Source: Candidatus Latescibacterota bacterium (lineage in GTDB: Bacteria > Latescibacterota > UBA2968 > GCA-2709665). Taken from it: a stretch of 64,000 nt of DNA. Position numbers and translations under genes: made by a program. The stretch covers positions 3,264,001 through 3,328,000 of the forward strand of contig CBDCOX010000002.1 of NCBI GenBank assembly GCA_965219995.1, read 5' to 3'. The notes under the pieces were generated by a model, which was not told the origin of the DNA, made no database searches, and saw nothing but the letters and a program-made list of their open reading frames with translations. Below, piece after piece: positions 1 through 9,463 of the stretch (position 1 is its first letter; every line of letters begins with the position of its first letter).

Positions 1-1
1 G

Positions 2-520
2 GCACGCCAGATTCGCCTTGTGGCTGCCCGGCAACACCACCACACCCCCGTCGCCCGGCCCCTCGTCCGCCAGCAGATATTCCACGACCGTCAGCCCGCA
101 GTAGATGCGCCCGCTCTTGAAAAAATACGCCTCGGAAAGATCCGGGCGTTCCACGCCTCCCCCGTGCAGCGTGCCCCCTTCGCAGCCCTTGTCCATGGCA
201 ATCAGTCCGGGCCCGTGGTCCAGCCGGTATCCCTTGCCCAGAATCACGTGCAGATAGGGCATGACTCGGGGATGCACGAGCATCGCCCTGAAGGGTTCAC
301 ACCACGGCCTCTCCCATGCCAGCATTCCGCCCAGATCCATCCTGTTCGACGAACCGCCAAGCGCCGGCGCGCCTATCGTGAGCGACCCCTCCCTCTCCCT
401 GAGCTGATCGGCATGGCGATCGATCGCCTCGTTGCAGCGGTCGACTTCCTCCGATGTCAGGACGTCTTTGAGCACCAGGTACCCGTTCAGATCGAATAGA
501 TATTTCTCATCGTCGGTCAT
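2..520 (-). CDS. PhyH-family Fe(II)/2OG dioxygenase, HxG type (3' end outside window)
   Basis: Hand translation from ATG at 520 (RBS GAGGAGG): MTDDEKYLFDLNGYLVLKDVL...GGTLHGGGVER...GDGGVVVLPGSHKANLAC. Not in the ORF track because it runs off the window edge. Confidence 0.88.
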   Translation of the reverse strand, partial: MTDDEKYLFDLNGYLVLKDVLTSEEVDRCNEAIDRHADQLREREGSLTIGAPALGGSSNRMDLGGMLAWERPWCEPFRAMLVHPRVMPYLHVILGKGYRLDHGPGLIAMDKGCEGGTLHGGGVERPDLSEAYFFKSGRIYCGLTVVEYLLADEGPGDGGVVVLPGSHKANLAC

Positions 521-627
521 GTCATCCCTCCTCGGGTTCCTTCAGTGAGACTTCAGCGCAGAGTACGCGCCTGTCAATTTACGCTGCCTGCGTGCGGCCA
601 GGGGTTGAAATCCCCCGGCGCTCACGA

Positions 628-1092
628 TTATTTGTACATCTGAATCGAGAACATCCCATAACCATGCCGCTCATAGAATCGAACCGTGCGCATCCAATCC
701 ACGTTATTCGAACCCACCATCGAGCGGTTGATTCCTTCCGACTCCGATCTCGACAGCAACGTCGCAACGAGCCGGTCTCCTACGCCCTTTTCGCGGTGGT
801 CGGCATGGACAAAGACCTCGTGAACGTGCAGGTATCGCTCGCCCTCGGGTTTGAATATCGAATATTTCCCGACTTTCACGACTCCCGAAGCGTACGCGAT
901 GACGACTCCCTTATGCTCACCGACGAAAAAATAGTCGCCGTCAAGCCAGGACTGAAGATGCTCATCGCCTACCATCAACGCGACATAGCCCGTAGTACAG
1001 CCTTCCTCGGCCCAGAGTTTCGACAAACCTATGACCGAACGTACATCGTCAGTTTCTGCCGGCCTGACTTTATATCCTGAAGCATCGCTCAC
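628..1092 (-). CDS. GNAT-family acetyltransferase
   Basis: Acetyl-CoA motif A VFVHADHREKGVGDRLV; C-terminal AV/TVRFYERHGY-type motif. Confidence 0.85.
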   Translation of the reverse strand: MSDASGYKVRPAETDDVRSVIGLSKLWAEEGCTTGYVALMVGDEHLQSWLDGDYFFVGEHKGVVIAYASGVVKVGKYSIFKPEGERYLHVHEVFVHADHREKGVGDRLVATLLSRSESEGINRSMVGSNNVDWMRTVRFYERHGYGMFSIQMYK

Positions 1093-1262
1093 CTTCTTCT
1101 TGTCTCCAAATCAACACACCGGGAACCGCGCATTTTCTGGCCGCACTGTCAAGCCTCCGCATCGAAGCGGCCCGGCGGCACCATGCCTTGAATCTGCAAC
1201 CCCTCGTTCGACGTGACCTTTCCCTCCGGCACCTTCGCCCCGATCGCCAATTGACATTCGCC

Positions 1263-2312
1263 CTATCGACTGACAACGTTCTGGCGATAATCACCGTGCG
1301 AAATGAGTTCCGGCGCATAGGCGAACAGCGCGGGGTTTCCCCCGGTGTGCACGTAGACGACAGTGGATCCGGACGGAATCTCCCCCGAGCGGATGCGGTC
1401 GATCACCCCGGACATGGCCTTGCTGGTATAGACAGGATCCAGAAGGATCCCCTCCGTCCGCGCCAGCAGGTGCAATGCGTCCAGGCCCGCCTCGGTTACA
1501 ATCCCGTAGTTCTCGCCCACGTACGCGTCCGTGTTCTCCATTTCGTCGGCCGTCATTCGAATGTCCAGCTCCATCAGCGCCGCCGTTTCGTTGGCCACTT
1601 CGGCAAGCTGCGCCCGGCGTTGCGCCTCGTTTCCCCGGCTCGGCGAGAATCCCTGCGCGCGGACCGGCAATCCCAGCGCTTTCACACCCAGCGCCAGCCC
1701 CGCGTGCGTGCCGTGACCGGATGCCGTACAGATAAAGTCTGTCTGCGCGTCCATGGATTCCATCTGCGCAACAATCTCCAGCGCGCACCCGACGTACGCC
1801 ACCGTGCCCAGCACGACCGCCCGCCGCCCGATGAGATAGGGCACCTCTCCCTGCGCCCTGAGTTCTTCCAGGATTTTCTTCTTCACGTCCTCCTGGCTCA
1901 CGCCCTCGGCAACCAGCCGGACGTCCGCGCCGAGGATATTGTCCAGCAACTGATTGCCCTGGATGCCCATCAGGCTCCGATGGTCGTGACGGTTCACCAG
2001 CACGCATTTCATGCCCAGCTTCGCGGCAGCTGCCGCCGCCTGCCGGGCGTGGTTCGACTGCGAGGCCGCGCCCGTCACCAAGGCCGTCGCCCCGTTCGCT
2101 ACCGCGTCGCCAAGGGCAAGACTGAACTTTCGCGTCTTGTTCCCTCCGAACGCCAGACCGGTCAGATCGTCCCGCTTCACCAGCACCCTCACTTTCCCGC
2201 CCAGCGCTTCCGAGAACCTCGGGCAATCGTGCAGCGGCGTGGGAAGTTCGGCCAGGGCCGTTTTCGGAAAACGATCGATAACAGCCTGCAGCTCCTGAGC
2301 GCTTACAGCCAT
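1263..2312 (-). CDS. D-cysteine desulfhydrase / ACC deaminase family PLP enzyme
   Basis: PTPL, VKRDDLTGLAFGGNKTRK, SNHARQ, EGILLDPVYTSKA, HTGG motifs; GGAGGA RBS before ATG 2312. Confidence 0.9.
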   Translation of the reverse strand: MAVSAQELQAVIDRFPKTALAELPTPLHDCPRFSEALGGKVRVLVKRDDLTGLAFGGNKTRKFSLALGDAVANGATALVTGAASQSNHARQAAAAAAKLGMKCVLVNRHDHRSLMGIQGNQLLDNILGADVRLVAEGVSQEDVKKKILEELRAQGEVPYLIGRRAVVLGTVAYVGCALEIVAQMESMDAQTDFICTASGHGTHAGLALGVKALGLPVRAQGFSPSRGNEAQRRAQLAEVANETAALMELDIRMTADEMENTDAYVGENYGIVTEAGLDALHLLARTEGILLDPVYTSKAMSGVIDRIRSGEIPSGSTVVYVHTGGNPALFAYAPELISHGDYRQNVVSR

Positions 2313-2534
2313 GGATTCCTCCATCCGGAATGTGGAACCGGTTGTCGCGGATTGACCCCGTTTCCCTCAATCGATACGTGAGTTTTCCGCCGCAGCCGGC
2401 GGTGATGGAAAAATGGCACAGTTTCACCGGGAAGTCAAAGAAAAAGGGCGTTGTGCGCCTGCCTTCAATTCCATTGTGTCGGCCCCGATCGATTTCTATA
2501 TTCGGGAAACCGCAGTCCAATCATGGAGGTATGA

Positions 2535-3359
2535 ATGTCTATGTCCGACAACAGCGTCATCGCGAAAAACGCGCCGGCCCTGGACGACGAGACCACGCGG
2601 AAGATCGTGGAACAGTTCAACCGCGACGGGTATTATTTCATGGAGAATGTACTCGATCCCTGCGAGGTGGACGCGCTGAGAGAGGGCATGGAGCGCAAGT
2701 GGGACGATCCCCGGATCCAGGCGGACGAGGCCGGCGATCACATCCGCGGCATCAGCATGATGCGCATGTACGAATACGACCGCAATTTCCGGGATCTGAT
2801 CGAACGCGAGCCCATCGTGAGCCTGGCGGAAGCCATTCTGGGTGAGGATTGCCACATGATGTCCCAGAACGCCCTGCGTTACGAACCCGGCCAGGGCGGC
2901 GGATGGCACCTCGACGATAGGATCCACTTCCCGCTTCCCGATGGCGTTCCCCGCCATAGTCCGGATATCCCCGTCCCCTGTTTCGTGATGAACGTGATGA
3001 TCCCGCTCAGCCGGGCCGACTCCGCGGAATACGGCCTGACCCAGGTCATCCCCGGCAGCCACTATGCCGGCCGACACCCGAATGACCGCGAGAATCCGAC
3101 CTTCGAAGGCCGGAAACCGGTGTCCCTTTTTGCAAAAAAGGGCGACATATATTGGTTCCACAACCAGGTCTGGCATCGCGGTTCGCGGAACGATTCCGAC
3201 CAGGTGCGTTACGTTGGCTCAATCGTCTACAGCCAGCGGATGATCGCCCAGCGCCTCTACCCGTTCATCGATTACCGCATGCCCGACCACGTCTGGGAAG
3301 GCGCCGGCCCCCGCCTCCAGCGGCTCCTGGGCCGGCACGAAAAAGGAGCGTATGGGTAA
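2535..3359 (+). CDS. PhyH-family dioxygenase (canonical HxD...H)
   Basis: FNRDGY, WHLDD, IPGSH, VWHRG. Confidence 0.9.
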   Translation: MSMSDNSVIAKNAPALDDETTRKIVEQFNRDGYYFMENVLDPCEVDALREGMERKWDDPRIQADEAGDHIRGISMMRMYEYDRNFRDLIEREPIVSLAEAILGEDCHMMSQNALRYEPGQGGGWHLDDRIHFPLPDGVPRHSPDIPVPCFVMNVMIPLSRADSAEYGLTQVIPGSHYAGRHPNDRENPTFEGRKPVSLFAKKGDIYWFHNQVWHRGSRNDSDQVRYVGSIVYSQRMIAQRLYPFIDYRMPDHVWEGAGPRLQRLLGRHEKGAYG

Positions 3360-3368
3360 ACACAAAAA

Positions 3369-3500
3369 GCGGTGAGACGCAAGACGCAAGAGGTGAGATG
3401 ATGACATTGCGTCCAATCGATATCGATATGGCCTGGCGATATCAACTCGCGGATGCGCAGACCTCTCCCCCCGGCCCCCTCTCCCGTGGGAGAGGGGGAG
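3369..3500 (+). repeat. Composite intergenic repeat (heptamer arm + GATATCGATATGGCC module + CCCCTCTCCC/GGGAGAGGGG hairpin)
   Basis: Similar modules at ~50104-50220 and ~57348-57458. Confidence 0.75.
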
Positions 3501-3611
3501 GAAGAGAAGGAATCGGCGATCAGCTTTAAGCAGTCAGCCAAAAGCAGAATCAAGAACATCTCACACGGAGACACGAAGACACAAAGGGAAAACCGGAAAC
3601 ACCTGAAAGGA

Positions 3612-3637
3612 GGGCAACCACAAGGGTTGCCCCTACA
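3612..3637. repeat. REP-like palindrome GGGCAACCACAAGGGTTGCCCCTAC
   Basis: GC-rich hairpin ending in CTAC (GTAG on the other strand); a related one lies at ~42548-42571. Confidence 0.6.
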
Positions 3638-3722
3638 CACCAGAATTCTGCAATCAGCTTTCAGTTGTCAGCCAGAAGGTAAAGCCCACCCAGTTAATGT
3701 CAGCGCAAATAGGGGGCGTAGC

Positions 3723-4085
3723 GTGCCAAACGTTCAGGGAATCGGCGGGTTCTTCTTTCGGGCAAAGGACCCGGAAGGACTTGCGAAATGGTACCAGGAT
3801 CACCTCGGCATCAATCCTGCTCCAACGAACATGGAGATGGCGCCCTAGGTGACCGGGTCCGGGGTCACGGTATTCTCTCCCTTCGATGCCGACACGGACT
3901 ATTTCGCAGCGGACAAGCCTTTCATGCTGAATTTCCGCGTGGCCGATCTGGACGCGATGATCGCACAGCTGAAGTCCGCGGATGTCGAGGTCAGCCACGA
4001 AAGCGAGATGGAGGGCATCGGCCGCTTCGCCCGCATCCACGACCCGGAAGGAAACCCGATCGAGCTTTGGGAACCCGCGTCGTGA
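3723..4085 (+). pseudogene. VOC/glyoxalase-family protein with in-frame TAG at 3846-3848
   Basis: GIGGFFFRAKDPEGLAKWYQDHLG ... * ... FMLNFRVADLD...GRFARIHDPEGNPIELWEP, all in one frame. Confidence 0.8.
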
Positions 4086-4330
4086 GATTCGCACATATGC
4101 TGGTGGACGCGACGGCGCCCGACCCACTTGAATCGTTCCGCGTTTCCGCTTGTGAGACAGCAATCCCTCGTAAACGAACGAGTATTCAATAGTGCGAAGG
4201 ATCACAACGGCCTCAAAACCCGTCTAACTGTTTTATCCGAAGAATATCGGCAATTGGAGTTGATTTTTCGGAAGTCAATGCACTCATTCAAGGGGCTGCA
4301 TATTCCGGCAATCTGAATTCGCCTTCGCCC

Positions 4331-4359
4331 TTGCCACAGTCTTCCATTGTATGTATAAT
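4331..4359 (+). promoter_or_regulatory. sigma70-type promoter
   Basis: TTGCCA-N17-TATAAT upstream of the ORF at 4480. Confidence 0.6.
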
Positions 4360-4479
4360 TTCATTCGCCACCCGGAATGAGCTTAGTTTTGGGATAGTCA
4401 ACTCAGTGTGTGTACAGACGATGTGTTATATTTGTAGTCGACTCAATGACGCACGCACGAGGGTGAGAAGGGACCTGCC

Positions 4480-4695
4480 ATGGCGCGAAAATCACAAGCA
4501 TCCAATTGCAAGAGAGTGCACGTCATCTCAAGAAGAGATCGCTGGGTCGTCAAGAAGGAAGGGAATTCCAGAGCGTCGAAAATCTACGATACCAAGTCTG
4601 CTGCCGAAAAAGGCGCCAGCGAAATATCGAATGGCAGTGATGTTGTGATCCATAGACGAGATGGAACTGTACAAAAATGGATAAAGGCTAAGTGA
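4480..4695 (+). CDS. DUF2188-like small protein
   Basis: HVISRRDRWVVKKEGNSRAS...VVIHRRDGTVQ pattern. Confidence 0.75.
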   Translation: MARKSQASNCKRVHVISRRDRWVVKKEGNSRASKIYDTKSAAEKGASEISNGSDVVIHRRDGTVQKWIKAK

Positions 4696-4804
4696 ACAGC
4701 CGCGGGGATCGGATGACGTAGAGTAAAACCGGGAGTTAATGGGTCCAACCTCTTGTGAGATTTCGCACGAGGTTTTCGTTTATTCAGGTCGAGCCATCAG
4801 ATAC

Positions 4805-4858
4805 TCCAGGCGTGCGTCCTGCTCGAACCAATTCCACAATCTACTGCCGAAACTCCGT
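4805..4858 (-). pseudogene. Possible tiny IS3-family OrfA relic
   Basis: Minus strand reads TEFRQ*IVELVRAGRTPG, resembling IS3 OrfA N-termini (PEFRxQIVELVRAGRxP). Confidence 0.35.
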
Positions 4859-4974
4859 CGCTTGCGAAGAACATGCCTGTGTCACGGTGCGCCGTCTTTC
4901 CTCCCATTAGAAATCGAGAAGGTGAGTTTCCCACAAATCTGCTGAAGTCCTGACTTGCATAATTGCGGGTTTTC

Positions 4975-5439
4975 ATGATACCTAAGGTGTACATTGACAC
5001 ATCGGTGATCGGCGGATATTTGGATGACGAATTTCGTCTGCATTCAAGACGTCTGTTTTCCGATTTTCAAGCGGGTCGATTCAAGGCCGTGCTATCGAAT
5101 GTTACCTTTGCCGAACTTCGCCAGGCCCCGGATGCCATTCGTGCCCTTTTGCAACACCCAGTTCTCAATGACGCGGAGCGGGTGTTTCTGGATCATGAAG
5201 CAATTATGCTCTCTGAGGCATACATTGAGGACGAGGTCGTTGGCCATGCCCATCGTGTTGATGCCCAGCATATCGCGATTGCCACGGTTCAACGAGTGGA
5301 CATCCTGGTCAGTTGGAATTTCCAGCATATTGTCAAGTGGAGTCGCATTCGCGCTTTTAATGCTGTAAATCTGAAACAGGGGTACCCCCCATTGGAGATT
5401 CGCTCTCCTCAGGAGGTCTACTATGAAGACGAACCATGA
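4975..5439 (+). CDS. PIN-domain (VapC-like) toxin
   Basis: VYIDTSV, DAQHIAIAT, LVSWNFQHIV motifs. Confidence 0.85.
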   Translation: MIPKVYIDTSVIGGYLDDEFRLHSRRLFSDFQAGRFKAVLSNVTFAELRQAPDAIRALLQHPVLNDAERVFLDHEAIMLSEAYIEDEVVGHAHRVDAQHIAIATVQRVDILVSWNFQHIVKWSRIRAFNAVNLKQGYPPLEIRSPQEVYYEDEP

Positions 5440-5596
5440 GAATAACCCTGTGCAATTGATGAGGACCCTCCGTGATCAGATGAGTGAGGAAATGAGAGGA
5501 ATGACTCCTCAACAGCAGATTGCGTACATTGAAGAACGATCGGGCTTGAAACGGGACGATCATAAGGAACCGTCAAGAGACACGAGCACGAGCTGA
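5423..5596 (+). CDS. Small putative antitoxin partner of the PIN protein (57 aa)
   Basis: MKTNHENNPVQLMRTLRDQMSEEMRGMT..., with AGGAGG RBS and overlap with the PIN gene end; below the ORF-track cutoff. Confidence 0.6.
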   Translation: MKTNHENNPVQLMRTLRDQMSEEMRGMTPQQQIAYIEERSGLKRDDHKEPSRDTSTS

Positions 5597-5793
5597 TCGT
5601 CCACTTCCCATCACACTTAGTGAATGGAGATTTGCGCCAGCAAAATGGTTTTACCTGCTGGTGTTTTCCGGATGGTGCTGGCCTCATCAGTACACTCCCG
5701 GGATTCGACTTGAAATATCCGTCAACGAGAAACACGACGAATTCTGCCGTCTGTCTTCGTGCATTGACGCCATAACCAGCGAAAGGAATCACC

Positions 5794-6864
5794 ATGACAC
5801 AATCCGATCCGTATGAAAAAGGTCTCGCGGCAGGTGAAGCGGCCGTGGCCGCCGCCGGAGGCAATTCGCAGGCATCGCCGAACGGCGGGCGCATGTACGT
5901 GCGCACGCAGAGCTTCGGGTCCACCGATGCCGAACTGCGCTTTCTGCAGCGCTGCGGCGTGCGCCACAAAGCCGTCGTCTTTCCGTTCCACGAAGACCGA
6001 GGCTGGGATCTCGACGAACTGGTCCAGGTACGGGAGCGCCATGAGGCGTTCGGGATCACGCTGGATATGAGTTCGCTGCCCATATACGAGCGTTTTCCCA
6101 ACATCATCTATTATGGCAGGAGCCCGGAGCGCGACCGGGAGATCGACATCGTATGCGAAATGATCCGGACCGCTTCGCGCGCGGGCATCGACTCGCTGCG
6201 ATACAACACCTGCGTGCTGCCCATCGACCGCACAGAGCCGGAAGAAGGCCGCGGCGGGTTCTACCATACCGCGTTCCGCCTGGAGAAAGTCCCGGCGGAA
6301 GACCAGGCCAGGCTGACCGAGGCCGGGCGCGTCACGGCCGACATGTACTGGGAAAGAATCGAGTATCTGCTGGAACGCATGATTCCGGTGGCGGAAGAAT
6401 TCAAGGTTCGAATGGGCAATTCCCAGGAGGACCCCGCCACACCCCCCGGCTACCGGGGCGTTGACAAGGTCCTCAATGACTTCGAGGGCATGAAGCGTTT
6501 CATCGAGATACAGCGCGGTCCGTATCACGGCTGGAACTTCTGCGTGGGCTCCGTTGCCGAAGGGCTCAAAGACCCGGCCAGTGAAATCTACCCGATCATT
6601 GAGTACTTCGGCAGCCGGAATACGATCTTCCTGGTCCACTACCGCAACATCATCGGGGGCCAGTACAGCTTCCGCGAGTCTCTGCCCGATGAAGGCGACA
6701 TGGACTTCCACCTCGTCTTGAAGGCGCTGAAGGACACGGGCTACCGTTACGGCATCGATCCGGACCACGTCCCTTGGACCGACGACGATCCGAACCGCTC
6801 CTACCAGTCCTACGCTTACTGCTTCGGGTACATCAACGCCATGATTCAGGCGGTGTACGGTTAA
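5794..6864 (+). CDS. Mannonate dehydratase (UxuA)-like protein
   Basis: IPVAEEFKVRM, NFCVGS, VHYRNI, FRESLPDEGDMD, PDHVP motifs. Confidence 0.8.
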   Translation: MTQSDPYEKGLAAGEAAVAAAGGNSQASPNGGRMYVRTQSFGSTDAELRFLQRCGVRHKAVVFPFHEDRGWDLDELVQVRERHEAFGITLDMSSLPIYERFPNIIYYGRSPERDREIDIVCEMIRTASRAGIDSLRYNTCVLPIDRTEPEEGRGGFYHTAFRLEKVPAEDQARLTEAGRVTADMYWERIEYLLERMIPVAEEFKVRMGNSQEDPATPPGYRGVDKVLNDFEGMKRFIEIQRGPYHGWNFCVGSVAEGLKDPASEIYPIIEYFGSRNTIFLVHYRNIIGGQYSFRESLPDEGDMDFHLVLKALKDTGYRYGIDPDHVPWTDDDPNRSYQSYAYCFGYINAMIQAVYG

Positions 6865-6900
6865 CACATACGCAGGCGGGCCAGGGCAAAGGACAGACAC

Positions 6901-7746
6901 ATGGAACCGGCTGAAATAGCTCACCGTATCAGGGAAAACGGCTACTGCATCATTGAGGACGTCATCCCCTCTGGGGAAGTGGGTACGATCCGCGAGCGCG
7001 TTGTGCGGGCGCAGGCCGCACAGAACGCCGCCCACCAGGCCAGGGAGAAGGCGACTCGAGCCAGGGGCCACCGCGTCGGAGCCCGCGGCGTGGGCGTGCT
7101 CAAGCAGGCGCTCAATGAAGACCAGTCGTTCGCACCGTACCTGGCCGACCCGCGGATCATCGGGACCCTCGAGATCTTCTTCGGTCCCTGGCTGCGGATC
7201 TCCTGTACCGACGCCGTGGTAAACCACCCGGGGAACGAGCGCGGCTACTGGCACGCGGACTGGCCGTTCAACCAGACGAACGCCTCCAATGTCCCCGCCC
7301 CGTACCCGGACGTGATGATGCACGCGTCGTCGCTGTGGATGCTGACCGATTTCTCCCATGCCAACGGCGGGACGCTGATGTTGCCGGGCACGCACCGGAA
7401 GAACCGCAATCCGGCGACGGGAGACCTGCCCGGCTTCGACAATGAGGCGCCGCAGCCGGACGAGATCAACGCCCAGGGCAGGGCGGGATCCGTGCTGCTC
7501 TACGACAGCCGGCAATGGCACGCGGTTGCGCCCAACCGGAGCGGAAGCCCCCGGGTGGCCCTGATCGTGCGCTACGCTCCCTGGTGGCTGAACCTGAATC
7601 CCACGCACGTAGGCACGCCGGAGCACGAGATGATGGTGGTGGAGACCGGAGGGAAGAACTACGAGATGGAACCCCTTCGCCGCGACGTATACGACGGGCT
7701 TCCGGAGGACGTGAAGCCGCTCTTCAGGCATTTCGTGGGCAAATAA
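6901..7746 (+). CDS. PhyH-family dioxygenase (canonical HxD...H)
   Basis: ENGY, WHADWP, NGGTLMLPGTH, QWHAV. Confidence 0.9.
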   Translation: MEPAEIAHRIRENGYCIIEDVIPSGEVGTIRERVVRAQAAQNAAHQAREKATRARGHRVGARGVGVLKQALNEDQSFAPYLADPRIIGTLEIFFGPWLRISCTDAVVNHPGNERGYWHADWPFNQTNASNVPAPYPDVMMHASSLWMLTDFSHANGGTLMLPGTHRKNRNPATGDLPGFDNEAPQPDEINAQGRAGSVLLYDSRQWHAVAPNRSGSPRVALIVRYAPWWLNLNPTHVGTPEHEMMVVETGGKNYEMEPLRRDVYDGLPEDVKPLFRHFVGK

Positions 7747-7767
7747 AGCCACGGTAAACCCTGACCG

Positions 7768-7822
7768 ACCCTTCGACCCTTCGGCAGGCTCAGGGCACCG
7801 CAAGCTCAGGGATCTACTCAGG
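7768..7822 (+). repeat. CCCTTCGAC..GCTCAGGG repeat cluster
   Basis: Same motif at ~28970-29070 (reverse) and ~33150-33195. Confidence 0.75.
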
Positions 7823-8016
7823 ACAACGCACACGGTGCTGGATTATGGACCGGAAACTGCTGCTTCGTCTACATCAATGGGATGATTCAGGCGGTCTATG
7901 GATGGTCCATATGCAGGATGTTCCGGCCGGCAGCGCCATATCTCGAGCAACTTGCACCTCGTCGGGAAGGGCGGGATGGAGATCAGACGCACGAACTGAA
8001 ACCGCGAGGAGGGATT

Positions 8017-8214
8017 ATGAGGTATAAAATCGCGCTTCACAAATCTGAAGAAGGCTATAGTGTCTCCGTACCCGGCCTGCCTGGTTGCTGGTCGCAGGGA
8101 GCCACAGAAGTTGACGCGATTGCAAACATCGAGGCGGCCATACGCGAGTATCTTGAAGTTGTTGACAAATTGCTGGACAATGTAGAAGTACGAGAAATCG
8201 AGCTGACGGTATAG
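8017..8214 (+). CDS. hicB: HicB-family antitoxin
   Basis: YSVSVPGLPGCWSQGATE.EAIANI; GAGGAGG RBS. Confidence 0.85.
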   Translation: MRYKIALHKSEEGYSVSVPGLPGCWSQGATEVDAIANIEAAIREYLEVVDKLLDNVEVREIELTV

Positions 8215-8215
8215 C

Positions 8216-8428
8216 ATGCCGAGACTGCCAGGAGTAAACCATTTGGATGCAGTCCGTGCATTAGAGAAAGCAGGATTTTACCTGGCACGCCAAAGCAAGC
8301 ACGTAGTTATGACAGATGGCGTGCGCATTCTGACAATCCCGCGAAACAACCCTGTGAATGCCTTTACGATGGGAGGAATCGTCAGGGACGCGGGATTATC
8401 TATTGAGGAATTTCGCAAGCTCTTGTGA
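8216..8428 (+). CDS. hicA: HicA-family toxin
   Basis: ALEKAGF..RQSKHVVM...LTIPR...IVRDAGLSIEEF. Confidence 0.85.
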   Translation: MPRLPGVNHLDAVRALEKAGFYLARQSKHVVMTDGVRILTIPRNNPVNAFTMGGIVRDAGLSIEEFRKLL

Positions 8429-8643
8429 TGGCCAAACTTCGGTACTGAAAATTCCCTGCCATCGGCGGATCTTGCGGTCCACATTCGGCTGTAGACGTGG
8501 CCGACCGATCTCAATCTGACGATGCCGGGTTTTTCGCAGGGACGACTGGAAGGTCGGCATTACCCAAACGTAGAGGCGTTCGTTCAAGACACAACTTTGA
8601 AACAGGCGAAACGCTGATCTGACCGGATCAGGAGGCAACGCCC

Positions 8644-9399
8644 TTGGAATGGTATGAAGACGAGTCGTTCTGGAAAGCGACGTATCCGTTTCTTTTTTCC
8701 GAGGCGAGGTTTGACGCCGCCGAGACGCACGTTGAGAACATTCTGAATCTGGTCGGCCTGGACTCGGGGCCGGTTCTCGACCTGTGTTGCGGCCCGGGCC
8801 GCAGCGCGATCCCCCTGGCGCAGCGCGGGTTTCAAGTCACCGCGGTAGACAGGAGCCCGTTTCTTCTGGTCAAAGCGAAGGCGAGGGCGGCGCACGAGAA
8901 TCTGAACATTGAATGGATCGAGAGCGATATGAGGAAGTTCGAGCGGCCGGCTGCCTTCGATCTGGTCCTCAATCTCAACACCTCATTCGGGTACTTTGAC
9001 GACAAGGACGAGGACGTCGGGGTGCTGCGAAAGATCTTCGGCAGCCTGAAGCCCGGCGGTCGTCTCGTCATGGATCTCATGGGCAAGGAGAAGTTGGCAC
9101 GAATCTTCGAGCCGACGACGTCCGAGAAGCTTGAAGACGGCACCCTGCTGGTGCAGCGGCACGAGATCTTCGACGAGTGGACACGCGTCAGGAATGAATG
9201 GATCATCATCAAAGGTTCGGAGGTCCGCGCCTTCGAATTTCACCACACGATATATTCCGGACAGGAACTGAAAGACAGATTGCTTGCCGTTGGATTTGGC
9301 GACGTGAAACTCTACGGGAGTTTCGAAGGGGAGGAATACTGCAGGGAATCCAACCGGTTTGTAGCCGTCGCCGGGAAACCCACTCTGACCGATGCCTGA
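8644..9399 (+). CDS. Class I SAM-dependent methyltransferase
   Basis: VLDLCCGPGR, TSFGYF, LKPGGRL. Confidence 0.9.
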   Translation: MEWYEDESFWKATYPFLFSEARFDAAETHVENILNLVGLDSGPVLDLCCGPGRSAIPLAQRGFQVTAVDRSPFLLVKAKARAAHENLNIEWIESDMRKFERPAAFDLVLNLNTSFGYFDDKDEDVGVLRKIFGSLKPGGRLVMDLMGKEKLARIFEPTTSEKLEDGTLLVQRHEIFDEWTRVRNEWIIIKGSEVRAFEFHHTIYSGQELKDRLLAVGFGDVKLYGSFEGEEYCRESNRFVAVAGKPTLTDA

Positions 9400-9463
9400 T
9401 CATACGTCTGGAAAAGCTCCAGCCCGGCGATGACGTCAGACCCCATTTCGAGCGACAGAACTC

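Noticed and set aside
20-499. 159-aa plus-strand ORF
   Set aside because: The real gene is the minus-strand PhyH starting at 520.
3846-3848. Pyrrolysine or genome-wide amber recoding
   Set aside because: TAG ends several intact genes here, no pyl genes are seen, and a single TGG>TAG change explains it.
5722-7833. 703-aa minus-strand ORF
   Set aside because: Antisense shadow of the UxuA-like and PhyH genes in GC-rich DNA; no motifs.
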